Positions 14,785 through 28,700 of a stretch of DNA of 64,000 nucleotides are shown one piece after another. Position 1 is the first letter of the stretch. Each line of letters begins with the position of its first letter. Under the pieces are notes generated by a model. The model saw only the letters and a program-made list of their open reading frames with translations, searched no databases and was not told where the DNA came from. The DNA comes from Antedon mediterranea (taxonomy: Eukaryota; Animalia; Echinodermata). The translations under genes and the position numbers were made by a program. The stretch lies in contig NC_092673.1 of NCBI RefSeq assembly GCF_964355755.1, positions 1,364,001 through 1,428,000 of the forward strand, read 5' to 3'.

Positions 14785-15220
14785 GTGCTATAGTAACCAG
14801 TTTTATCGAAAAATAAAAAGGTCAAAAATTTGCCATTTTTTGAAAAATCACTGTGCTATAGTACATGGAAATTTTCGAAAAATGGTCAATTTTCGACCCT
14901 TTTATTTTTTGACATAAATGGTTACTATACCATAAAAACCATGCGCAGAGTCGAATAATGGGTTCTGCGCATGTCAATTGTGCTATAGTAACCACTTTTG
15001 ACATAAATGGTTACTATAGTATAGTAAACATGCGCAGATGCGAATAATGGGTTCTGCGCATGTCAATTGTGCTATAGTAACCAGTTTTATCGAAAAATAA
15101 AAAGGTCGAAAATTGGTCATTTTTTGAAAAATCCCTATGCTATAGTACATGGAAATTTTCGAAAAATGGCCGATTTTCAACCCTTTTATGTTTTGACATA
15201 TAATTTAATTTAGTAACCAG
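14785..15220. repeat. Duplicated modular repeat with direct and inverted TATAGTAACC modules (probable decayed DNA transposon)
   Basis: TGCTATAGTAACCAGTTTTATCGAAAAATAAAAAGGTC... at about 14785 and 15070. GACATAAATGGTTACTATA...GCGCATGTCAATTGTGCTATAG is present twice. Confidence 0.65.
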
Positions 15221-15497
15221 TTATGTAAAAAAATAAAAAAAAAAAAAAAAAAAAAAAAAAAATAAAATAAAAAAATAAAAAAATCAATACTGTTTGTTTG
15301 GTTTTTGTTTATTTCACTTATTACACTATATACAAATAATTATGTACCAAAATGGTGTTTCTTTTCTACAAGTACAACCAAAGAGGTGGTGGTGAACAAC
15401 TCTTGAATTTCGGCCAAAAAAGTTCCTGTTTAACAATACCGTAATATAAATAGTAGATCAATAAAATATCTACTTTATGTAAGGAGAAGCAACCTCA

Positions 15498-15778
15498 TTG
15501 CCATGGATCCAGTCTACTAGTGCTACACATTGTAAGAGGCCTATACTCCTCAGTCAGTAAATCGCTCCCTTTGCCATGGATCCAGTCTACTAGTGACACA
15601 TTGTAAGAGGCTTACTCCTTAGTCAGTAAATCGCTCCCTTTGCCATGGATCCAGTCTACTAGTGACATATTGTAAGAGGCCTACTCCTTAGTCAGTAAAT
15701 CGCTCCCTTTGCCATGGATCCAGTCTACTAGTGACACATTGTAAGAGGCCTACTCCTCAGTCAGTAAATTGCTCCCTT
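15498..15778. repeat. ~69-bp minisatellite, 4 copies, just downstream of the C12orf57 stop
   Basis: TTGCCATGGATCCAGTCTACTAGTGACACATTGTAAGAGGCCTACTCCTCAGTCAGTAAATCGCTCCCT repeated head-to-tail with no unique spacers. Confidence 0.9.
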
Positions 15779-15864
15779 AGCAGAATAACTACTATAACTA
15801 TACTAAGTTATATTAAATATAAAAAAAAAGAAAAAGATAGACAATTAATATTTATAAATTATTA

Positions 15865-18250
15865 TTAGCTAGGTAGTTGAGCTACTGGCAAAGCTGGTAA
15901 AAGGATTTCTTTTAAAGTTTGTGATAATCTTGCAATTTCTGGGTCTTCTTGTTCATACCGTCTGACTTCATGTGTAAATTTAATAGCACCTTTAAACATC
16001 AAAAGAAAACAACACAAAAACAAATAAATGACTTATTAATATAATTATCATAAAACAGTGAAAAGTAGTCCATCTAGGCTGTTCTTTTTTTAGGACTCTT
16101 GGGTAGGCTTTCTTACATTCTTTAATAATCACTACAATAGATTCAGATTAGATTTATTAAGTCATTCATACATAGTATGATAATTGTTTTCTTGGCAGAA
16201 AAACACAAGCAAAACAATACACACATAATATTTACATTCGTGATCATGGAACTAACAACAATAACTGAACAAGCAATATAAAATACAACAGACCTAATGA
16301 AACTTTTAAAAACTCATTGTTGTGTAAGCTTGATTCCCACTAGAACGTAATGCAAGGACGTAACGCAACGTTAAGCTTGGTTTCCACTAGAACGTAACGC
16401 AAGGACGTAAACGCAACGCAAGCGTTTTAACCAATGACAAACGAAGTTATAGACAGTTAGCAATCACAAGCGAATAAGGCATCGCTTTTGATTGGTCAAT
16501 TCACTTGCGTTGCGTTACGTTCTTGTGTTGCGTCGCTTCTGGGAACCACGCTTAAGTCTAATAAAGTAATAGCGCTAGGTAAGAATAAAAATTCATGTCC
16601 CCTCCTTAGATCAATGTTTATGCCACACCCCTAAAGGAATACTTTTTCATGAAAAAAATATATGGCAATATTTGCAGTACCAATTAGTTTTTATATATTA
16701 ATAACTTCTGTCAAGTTAATTTGATTACCTTCTCCATCCCCTGTGAAGCCATAGTTTTGTAATACATCCTGCTGTATTTGTGTTGCCACGGGAAACACCA
16801 TTTGCATCATCTTCATCATGTCGTTACCAGCTGCCTCTCGCACCTCTCTCATCCGACTTTTATTGCTACGGCTTTCAAAAGCGTCCAAAATTGCTTTTAA
16901 AATAACTGGAAAAAAATATAGTAATTGTGAATTTGCCAGAACTATTTTTTTTTGTCTTATTTAGGCTATACATTGTTGCCTTGCATTCTTCTTGTTGACC
17001 TTGATTATGAAATTGATATATAAAAATTAAAAAAACACATTTCATTTGCTACAAGAAACAGATAAGAAAAAGAAAGAACGTCTATTTACAAACTTATATA
17101 TTTATAAATGCATCTAGGCCTAGGTAGGATATAAATTATAGAATAGTTATAGGCCTAGGCTAGTAAATATATCGCTGTGGCTAAAGATACGGTACCGTAT
17201 TCTAACTTCTGTTTACTAAAGGTACGGTAAAATTGCATTACGTCATGATCAGCCAATGGGGTGCTGGTACGTGTGTGACGTCATCGTATAAGGACTTTTG
17301 ATTTTTTTTCGCCAGGCTGCATGGGTGTGTGTGCGCTGATGAGGGTTTTATTCCAAATGGCCTTTAGGCCTATATTTTTTATTAAACTTTGTTTACAATG
17401 GTGACCATAAACAACAAGCAAATGCGGACAATAAAGGGGGCCCTCAAATACTATGATTTTTAGACAGTAGCCCCAGGTCTGAGTCACAGAAATCAGCGCA
17501 CACATGCAGCTGGCCCCAGCCTGGCATCGCTTTCCCTACACAAACAAACTCATATAATGAGGTTATAGTACGTAATAAGTAGGCCTAGGCCTCTTTTGAA
17601 ACGGTTTTTTGTATTCTAGAATTAAAATCAACATGTTTTGGCTTTTCAATAATAATAATAACAGACGTAGGCTACATTTAGTTTTTGTCACACACGACGG
17701 CGATAATAGCGATAAATGAAGCATAAAGAAAATGCGGTTGATCACTGTTTTCGCGATATGAAAAAATCCAAAGTCCTTATACGATGACGTCACACACGTA
17801 CCAGCACCCCATTGGCTGGTTATGACGTAATGCAATTTTACCGTACCTTTAGTAAACAGAAGTTAGAATACGGTACCGTATCTTTAGCCACGGCGTAAAT
17901 ATATGGGTCGAAACATCCCCCCTGGGTCCGGCCGAACCCTGCTACAGTTAGTATATCCACAGCAGAAGGCATATCTAGAAAGAATAACAATAAAAAAATT
18001 TTAAGAAGTACAACAACCACCAACCGCTCTCTCTTCCCTTTCACCTAGGCTAGTTAGCTAGTTAGTATAGTAGGCCTACTATAACTAGCTTCTCTCTACT
18101 ATACTAGCCCAGGCATATACTAGGCGCGGCCTAGCCTAGTATAGAGTAGTAGTAGGCTAGTAGGCTAAAATAATAATTTACTTAGGCCGCATCACCTTTC
18201 GCTTCCTCGTTGCTGAGGCTGGGCTGTTGAATCTGATGAGATCTACTCAT
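15865..18250 (-). CDS. C12orf57: Protein C10 / GRCC10 homologue, 3 coding exons
   Basis: Exons 18250-18196 (MSRSHQIQQPSLSNEEAK), 16905-16729 (...REAAGNDMMKMMQMVFPVATQIQQDVLQNYGFTGDGEG) and 15989-15865 (AIKFTHEVRRYEQEDPEIARL...LP). Matches the C10 family motif as recalled. Confidence 0.88.
16327..16552. mobile_element. MITE family B: full copy (16374-16552) inserted into the left end of another copy
   Basis: Left TIR repeated at 16327 and 16374. The inner copy ends GGGAACCACGCT-TAA. Confidence 0.8.
17173..17895. mobile_element. Non-autonomous Mutator(MULE)-like element, ~125-bp TIRs, 9-bp TSD
   Basis: CGCTGTGGCTAAAGATACGGTACC... and ...GGTACCGTATCTTTAGCCACGGCG are near-perfect inverted repeats. 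Identical TAAATATAT flanks at 17164-17172 and 17896-17904. Confidence 0.85.
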
Positions 18251-18657
18251 TTTGTAGATAAATAAACAATTCAGAGCTAACCAAAGAATGTTTTTATTTG
18301 TTTATTTGGCCTAGCCTAAACTAAGGTCCATGTATCATACCGGTACCAATTTGCGTCGCGACCGACTCTCGCGCTCCGGTAAAAGGACTAAAGAGGACAG
18401 CAGACACCAAAAATGTATGGTGCGCCAATTGGGTCTTATAAATGAGAGAATGATGCGTGCCGATAAGGCAATGCTAAACCATGGAGATAACCTCGATGGC
18501 TAAACTAAAGTTTACGAGTCACCTTAGTTAGCTATAATTTTGGTAAATGAAATGTTTAATATAAATTGTGACGATCTTTATAGAAACATTTGAAGAAAAA
18601 AATCCTAAAACAAGCCAAACTTTTATAACAATTTATTTACAAGAAAATATAAAACAG

Positions 18658-20164
18658 TCAATCATCTAAGTCCTTCATCTTTGCTTCAAAAATTTCCGTC
18701 TGTATTTTATGCTTAAGTGTTGCTTTAATTCTTTTATCTTTAATTGACTTAAGTTCAGTTTCAATATATTTTCCAAACACAAAATCTTCATCAGTTTGAT
18801 CTTGAATGTCTGGTGCAAGTTTCTTGTTTGAAGTCAGTTCGTCATTCTCAAGTTTTCGTTTATTTAGTTCTTCATTATCAAGTTCTCGATTATTGAGTTC
18901 TCCATTATCAAGTTCTCGTTTATTACTCATTCTTGATGTTTGCTGACTTGGCCTGGTCTCTGGTGTTTCAGATCTCATCTCTGTTCTCAATGTCTCGGTT
19001 CGTACTGGTTGTGTTTCAACTTTGTTGTGTAATTCGTTTTGTTGCATTGTGATCCTTGGCCCTTCTATACTTCTTGGCTTTTCTATTCTAATCAGTGGTC
19101 TGATAGATGTTCTAAAGCTGTCTGTTCTTGGTGTATCAACAACTGTCATCATCTCAAGTGATGCTGTTTCAGTAACGTGTTCATTTTTAAATGCTTCAGT
19201 TGTTGTTTCAAGTCTTGGTTCATGATACAAATTCGGTTGGATTTCTGATTTTATCATTGTTTCAAAATTGTAAGGAATTTCTTCTGATACATCATCAGTT
19301 GCTGCATAGGAAACCTGCAAAATCAATAAGCCTACTGTATATCAATGGTCAATTAAGAGGGCGTAATTTATTTAATGTCACATGGGTGGGAAATCCCCTT
19401 TTATTGACATATTTTTTTATGCGCGCGTTAAAAGGCCAGCACTACGCGTGCGCATACAAAGCATATTATCTGATCATACTGACTGCGCGTGTCAAATAAA
19501 TATGTCTATTGAGCACAAAAACCAAAACCATGGATGAACAAAACAAATACTGTACATTTAATATATTAAATTAATTTAAATATCCACTTACATCTGCCGC
19601 CGCCGACTGTGCTGGATTACTCATGTATGACGTAATCCAAGAAAATTGTTCCACAACCCATTGATGTCGTTCACTTCTCTTGCGAGACGCGCTGTCGTAT
19701 GGCACTCCATTAAAATTAACACATTGGGCCGAATCTGTAAATAAAAGACTGTATTTATTGTTTATTCCAAATTCCAATGTCAATGGAATGGTGGTACAGT
19801 ATTAATTATGGACAGTAGGCCTAGCTATCAAAATATGAACTTTATCCCGATTTGATTTAGATATATCAAATATATTACCTCTATTGTTAAGGTTGAATAA
19901 TTCTCGAACACATTTAATTTCTGCTCGTAAGTTTTTCAGTTTTGTAGCTACAGTACTTGATGTAATGTCCTTATATCCCATATCTCGCATTCTGGATGCT
20001 ATCTGTTCGTGTATGGCATGTTTAGCCCGAAACAGCTTATCCTCCAACTTCTTTGCTGTTTCAGGAACTTTCCACATGTCTATTAAATCACATTCTTCCC
20101 GCGGTGTCCAGCAATGTCGTTTTGTTCGATCAGGCTTTCTTTTCTCTCCGTAATTGTCGGCCAT
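18658..20164 (-). CDS. Myb/SANT-like (MADF) DNA-binding protein with C-terminal BESS-like motif, 3 exons
   Basis: Exons 20164-19879 (WTPREECDLIDMWK...IASRMRDMGY...VATKLKNLR), 19734-19592 (...FSWITSYM) and 19314-18658 (acidic linker, then DEDFVFGKYIETELKSIKDKRIKATLKHKIQTEIFE). Splice phases are compatible. Confidence 0.8.
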
Positions 20165-20650
20165 TTTCTTTATAAAGTAGATAATCTCGAACAAGAAAAC
20201 GGCAAGGCAAATGAAAAAGCATAGACGAGCTTGCCAAAGCTAATCATGCTTTATAGCCTCTTCCGGAAATCCAGTCGATTTACTGTAACCTGATTGGTTA
20301 ATGTATGACCTTAAACAGCACGCCGCTTGCCCTTTCTTATCAACATTATCCAGATGTACTTACTGCTGGCGCGAAGGTAATAATATATATTAATGCTACT
20401 TCCGTGTCTTTTGTCGATTCAATCTGATTAATGGTGTCATATTCGATGAGCCGAGCGTAGCAAAGCACTTATTAATATTAGAGGAGTAAGTGTGATTGTA
20501 AGCAGCCGACGTAATTTGTTATACTTATAGAGATTCACAAACCCGCATAATATTTTAAAAATAATAACTGAACCCACTGAACAATTTCTCTTGACTATTA
20601 AAAAAAGCGGCATAGCCCCCTCCATAGTTCATTTTTCTGTAGCAGCCTAC

Positions 20651-21539
20651 TAATTTGTATGGAACGCCATATGTGCAACGACGTGTGTGTTTAAACGTAA
20701 ATAACAAATACAGTAAAATATGTACGTTTATATTTCGAATTATAAACGTCTATTTTTCATTGATAATTTGTGTCGTTATACAGCAGAATTTATATTAGTG
20801 TCTCAAAACGTATATTATGCCTATGTTACATAAAGTTGTATCACAAAATATTCTATCTAGGCCTACATACATCTGTATATACAGATATCTGTATAATGTA
20901 TTTTATTTATATGTGAGTGTATAGAACATGATAATTGTTATTACCTACTTTGATCCACTCGTTTTATCACATAATAATGTGAATTACGTAACGTAAACAT
21001 AGAGTAGACGTATTTTTTGCACTGCTAGATAAACTGAAGTAGGCCTATAGGCTGCACATGTATAGAGAATCCGTCGTCGTGTGTACAAGGTATAATATTG
21101 CGTTTACATCGTGTTTATGTTACTCAAAAGTAAGGAATTAATAGAGTTGTATCACAAAATATTACTAATATTTTAGTAACTGACTTTCAAGGTTGTAAAA
21201 CACGCACTTTTATGCGCCACCTACATTTCCATATAAAATAATAATGAGCCTGTTTGTATACAAAGAAAATGGGAATCCCGTCCGTGTAATATTGTTTATT
21301 CTACCGTGGTGATTAGAAAAGTCTTAATAATTAATGTTATAAACAATTATTTATTACAATATTTTAATATTTAATTATTTTTAATTAAAGATTACTAAAT
21401 TTGTAAATTTACCATAATATTCCGGGTATGTTGTCCACCAAAAACCCGACCAAATATAAATATGTATACAGTACAGTAGTATTACTTACCTTGCGCCGCA
21501 TGGTGGCGCTATATAATCTTTGGCGTTCCATACAAATTA
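20651..21539. mobile_element. Putative TIR element upstream of RBBP4 (19-bp perfect inverted repeat)
   Basis: TAATTTGTATGGAACGCCA (20651-20669) and TGGCGTTCCATACAAATTA (21521-21539). Internal direct repeat AGTTGTATCACAAAATATT. No convincing TSD. Confidence 0.45.
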
Positions 21540-21565
21540 TCGTTTCTCTGAATTGCGCGGGATAT
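21490..21565 (+). promoter_or_regulatory. Probable RBBP4 proximal promoter with E2F-like sites
   Basis: TTTGGCG (about 21519) and TTGCGCGGGA (about 21553) in a locally GC-rich patch ~100 bp before the ATG. Confidence 0.35.
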
Positions 21566-21592
21566 AGTAAACCAGGCCTAGCCTAACACTGA

Positions 21593-22939
<1,347 letters not shown>

Positions 22940-24714
22940 ACTATAAACTATTTTTTGTACCAACCCAATGCACAGGTGTAACCTACCTTTCAGTAAATGT
23001 CTCGGCAAGTCATGTATGCAGACCAAATTTACACTTTTGCTTGCAAAAATATTTAAATGTGGACAGTTGCAGAATATTAAAAGTATTATTAACATATTTT
23101 ATTTACTGCTATAGTAGTAATTAGAACTTGTCGAAGAAAAATTAGCGTATTTGCAGTTTTTCCCTTTAAAGCTTGTAAATCTCCACAAATCAATTTGTAG
23201 TATACTAAATACATCAAAAATTATCTCTACAATTAATGTGTTTAGTACTGTATGTTTAGAATACTGTAGTAATAAATATGACCATTGTATAGAGCTCAGT
23301 TTACTAGAACATCACTGTCAGATTTGTGTTCATTTCGTACCGACAAAACTTATTTCTGCTGAGATACAAACCATACAATTGTGGCATAATAAATATGATA
23401 CCTGTGTTTGTATTTAAAATACATGTATAGCCTTTGTTATTTTGGGAAAAACCTAAATTTAAAGCAATGATGTGTGGGAATACTATCTGAATACACCTAT
23501 AACACTACAAGATTACAACAAAATACAATTTACAAATAAATTGAAATATTTTACAGTATTTTAAAATAATAATTAGTTGTATTCAATATCACTCCTATCC
23601 GTCTTCATTATGTAATTAAAGGCAGATTCTAAAAATATTTTGTAGTTGTGTGGTGAATGAGTTGTGACAGTTCGTCATTTGCCTGTTTTAAAAATATGTC
23701 TGTTTAAAGTACGTCCTGTTTACCTTTTGATTTCTAGTACAGTGCACAGCATTAGGAAATCAAAATCGGATGCAATTTGTAAAACGAAAACATCTTGCGT
23801 TAAACCATTAATAAATATGTATGTGTGCAAAAACGAAAACAATAAAAAAACGAACATGGCCCGCTTCTCCTTAATATAGCACTTGGAAATTTGTTGGGCT
23901 AGGACTTTCTTTCACTGCACAGTTTTATTCCTTATACATTTTCAGCTCCATTTACAAATGAAAATCTGTTGATGACGTCATGTATAACAATATCTGATAG
24001 CCAGTTACTGTACTAGCAAACTGACGAGCATACCAACCAACGACTTCATTTTTAATAGTGGGGTACGTATAAAAATGAAATACTTTGCGAGCGAAACAAG
24101 CAACATTAGGTTGGTGGCCGCCAAGGGCCCCCAGACTTTGAGTAATTTATAGGTTGTTTCAATCGATTTCTGAGCACATAAAGAGAAGAATACAATTATT
24201 TTGAGTTAGGCACTGGTCCTGATGCACAACTAGTTATATTCACGCAAAATCTAGTCGTGTTTGAGTACAAGAAATGCATACATTAAATTATAATCAGAAC
24301 AATTTATTTGTTATACTACTAGACTACGGACTAATAGTACTTTCATTACAGTTCTATGTATGTTACATTATCAGATTATTACAATTGATACCGGGCTAAA
24401 ATACTGGTATAAAATGCGGCGGACAAATGTTAACATTTCTACTTTTGCAGGTAAACTACTGTCTATAATTAATAAAAATACTCTATAAATATCTATTTGT
24501 CTTATACTAGTGTACAGTACGTCAAACATGGAGGCTATATTAAAATAAACAAATGTTGACTGGTCAACAGTCACTGTGGTAGATCCAGGATGCTGAAAAA
24601 ATGCTGAACCTTCTACTGTTTCAGAAAATACATAACCGCTGATAATATACAAATAATGAATGTTTACAAGTGTGATGGTACAAATAATTTCAAGAGGTAT
24701 GAAAGGTGATATCT

Positions 24715-24806
24715 TTAGTCGCGTGCAACGCGACTCTACAGCTCACTTGGTCGGTCGGTAAACACTAACTTGAGCACGCGACTGCAGCCATGTATATGGC
24801 CTTGTT
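24715..24806 (+). mobile_element. Short Helentron-associated (DINE/HINE-like) remnant
   Basis: TTTAGTCGCGTGC...GTCGGTCGGT...GCACGCGACT subterminal inverted repeat, then a 3' stem and CTTGTT end. Confidence 0.45.
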
Positions 24807-25760
24807 TATTCTGCTCATCATGTAATAACTTAATTTTATCGTCACTCAACCGAACAAAATTTTAACTGAAGATTGGCATTGTTAAGGAGATTGTGTAGTT
24901 CCATTCTTCCAATGACAAATTAGATAGAAATTCACTGCGCTCTCACAGGAGCATGCACAAGGCATTAATGCTGCTGCTGTTACGGGGTCTGCCACCAAAA
25001 GTAGGAATACACAGTGCTATGCGAGCGTAAAAATTGGCCACTTTTTTTTAATCATGTGACCCACAATCGTCCAATCTATTTAGGTGTTATATAATATAAA
25101 CTAGTACATTGATGGTGTGACCTACATATAAAGTATAATATCATATTATAAAATTAAAACCAAATTATCAAAATGTAAAAGTAAAGTCGGACTACATTAC
25201 TAGTATGTAGGTACCAGTGTGGGTCCAGGATTTTTGAAAAAAAGAATAAAGGTGGGTGGTTTGGAGGTAATTCTACCTTCTGTCAATTGCCATCTGTTTA
25301 TTAAAGAACTAATATTAATAAGTTATTAATATTATATTAATAGGTTCCTAAATATGCCCAACCACTTTGAATTAGTTATGGTGGAGGTTAGACTTCAAAT
25401 TTGTAACTTACCTAAGCCCCTATAGATCTTCAAAATAACTTTTATGTGAAATACAGTTTACACAGTATTAAAAATGCCCTAGAATAAAAATAAATACATT
25501 TACAATAATACATGTGAAAGCTACTTGGCATTACCCTATTAAAAATACATCAACTGACCTAACACTGTTAAAAATAACATTTACTTTATCATTACTATTC
25601 AACTTACTATTAATAATATTGCACCTAAAATAACATTGAAAATGGTAAAGATATTGCAAACTGACAAATTTTACTGTGTTCTTGCTGTGTGAGGACGCTT
25701 ATACCAATCAACACAATTTTTTCCCAACAGCGAAAAATCTTTGCGTCGTCCTGAGCTATT

Positions 25761-28700
25761 TCAGATTTGTTGCGATGTTTTGATGCACGAAAATGGTAGA
25801 ACCCATTTTTTATTTTGACCATGTACACGTAGGTTCAACCATTCTTGGCTGTTGGGCACACTCATTTGAAGATGTTCCATTACGTCAGCTGCTTCTGTTC
25901 CTAACTGTACAGATTCTGAACTGCTGCCTAGACTCCTTCTACACGCCTCACTTTTAGATGTACTTTCACTGTATTGAGAATCTACCAAAGAAAAATCAAT
26001 TATCAATTATTTTTGATGTTCACATTCAAAAGGACCCGCTGACATCCAGGGTTTGTTAAAAATTAAATAATAAAATACAACTAAAACTTTAGTATTGAAA
26101 TGACTAAAACAAATTATGTACAATTAAGACTTAAATATGCGAAACATTTTACAAAAATTAAAAACATCCTTGGTGCAAAATAAACTTAACAGTATTAAGT
26201 AAGTTAGTAATAAGTAAGTACAGGCAAGTCAAGTAAGAAGTAAGTTAGTAATGTAAGGAATAAGTAATAAGTAAGCAAGCAAGTCAAGTACTGTAAGTAA
26301 GTAGTACTGTAAGTAACAATTAAGTAAGCAAGCAAGTGCATAAGTAATAACTAAGTTGGTAAGTAAGTTAGTAAGTATATAAGTAACATATTAATAAAGT
26401 GAGCAGGTAAATAAGAATTAAGTAAGTAGTATGAAGACTTTGTTCAAATTAATATCAAACTATTAAAGTCCAATAGAATGGCATGCATCTATCACCTCTT
26501 TAGTTTGTATCTACTTAACAACTAAACTTACTTATTTCATCAGCAGAGCCAGTTAAATGTTGAGTAACACCATTAATCTTGTATGGTTGTTGTTTTAGTA
26601 ATTGTATTGCACTTTCAAAATGACCAAACGCTTGAAGAGACAAGATTTTCTGAGTTGATTGTGAACATAGAACATCAGTCTTGGATTGGAACCAATGCTG
26701 TACATGACGCAGATCAACTTCCAATTGGCATGCTCCATGAATACTATATAATAATATAAAGTTCATTCTTATATAGCGCATATAAACAAGCTCTCAATGC
26801 ACTGTACATAAATAAAAATAGACGAGAGGTGGCAATAATTTATATAAATGAAAAATTTGAAAAAAAAAAGGATGACACACAATCATATTATTTATTTTAG
26901 GCACATCACAATTTTGTTGTCAAACTAGTTTGATAGTGCAGAAAGCGCTTAAGCCTCAATAACCAGCCCTGTACAATATATAATTTAGTAACAAACCTAA
27001 ACTTTGGTTTCTGCTTGAGGATATGCTGCATCCAGGTTTCAAACATGGTTGTCATAACAATTGTCACTATGGATACCTGAGCAGCTGGTTGTAGATAAGT
27101 AACAGCTTCTATGATTGGTTGAAGTATTGTCACTGTTGAATCTTTGGAATACTGGTTAGGTTCAGTTGGAAGAACTAGACAAAAAAAAACATCAATTTTA
27201 ATCAGAAAAAAAAGCAAAATTTGTTTGGAAAGTAAAGTAGTAAAAATAGAATTTACCAGAATGTGTAATATGTATTACCAGTGTAAATTATAGATTAGTT
27301 TTTTTCATAAGGTTTATTGCAAATAGCGTTCGCGACACATGGTGGGAAGGGTTTCAGAGCAAATATCACAACGTGTACGTACATGATTTGATCATACATT
27401 GTGCAATGCCGTTCTTCCCAAAAAATTAAACTATTTGCGTTAAACCTCATTACTGATATTGTTGTAAGAAAAGTAGGCATGTCCTTACCATTTGTAGTTT
27501 TCCTCCTCCAGACTTTTGCTGCAGGCATGGTCTTTTGCCAATAGTCACTACACAATTTACCACAATCTTCCAAAAACAGTTGAAGGGAAATTTTGGAGAC
27601 ATCCTACAAAATAAAATGATCATCAACATCTTAAAAACATTTTTATTGTGAATCAATTTCAATTTACATGTTTAAAGATGATGATAAAGTGCTTAAAGTA
27701 CTTCAATACATACTTTTAACTAACAATATGCACACTCATGATGATTTTGTTGAGAAGTAACGACAAACATGTTTAGCAATAAATTCAAAACTGTTGTAAT
27801 ATTTATAAATGTTTATACTTTTACGTCACAAGGGAGTTCCTAAAGTTATTTTCAACTGCTTGGAAACATGCGCAATAGTAATACGATTAGCAGATACTTA
27901 CCTGGAGACTCTTAAGTACTTGGCATAATTGTGATGAAGAAGTTGACAGCATTTTTAATGAAGTTGTTTCTTGTAAAATTACCTCAAACAGATTTTCTGC
28001 TTCAACACATAGATTTTGAATAATCTGTAATTAAAAAATAGTCAGGAGATAAATCTTTTTAATTCCTCATGAATAAAATCTATTTTGTCAACTCCGAAGA
28101 AAGGAGACAGGCAGTTGACGATGCCGAAGGAAAAATACAAATGGGTAGCAGTTGTGTAAAAGACTTTTTATCTTTATATCATATCATGATACAACTATAT
28201 TAATAAAAGCTATAACAAAAAACACAGCTCACCCATTTTACTGATTTTGATTTGACGCTTTTAAAAATATACATATATAATTTGTTGCGACACAGTACTA
28301 ATTCGTATGTCGACAGGGGCTGAGATGCACCAGTAGAGTAACCCTCTTCATTTTCGAAAAATCTACTGGGTTCTTTAAAGTGCACACATGCCCCTGTCAT
28401 AACCGCTAGACTCAACTAAATGAATTAATGAATATTCAATAGCCCACCTCATGATCACATTGCGTTACAAGTAGAAACTCTGAAATAGACCATGATGCCA
28501 GAAACTTCTGAGCTTTTGTCCAGCACCAGTAAGTTCCAACCTCAATCGTACTAACCAACTGGTGAGCTGCAAGAACGTCTAACAACTCTTGTTTGCACGA
28601 TTCCTTCTTTACCTTCGGCACTAAAAGAATAATTTAAGAACTTGAAAACTAATTCCAATAAAAAGTTAGTGAACTCTCCCGTTAGTGAACTCCCCCAATA

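Noticed and set aside
15498-15778. CRISPR-like regular repeat
   Set aside because: Units are contiguous and nearly identical with no unique spacers. The context is eukaryotic and there are no cas genes.
18260-18520. U7 snRNA next to C12orf57, as in human
   Set aside because: No recognisable U7 Sm site plus 3' hairpin. An Infernal search with the Rfam U7 model would settle it.
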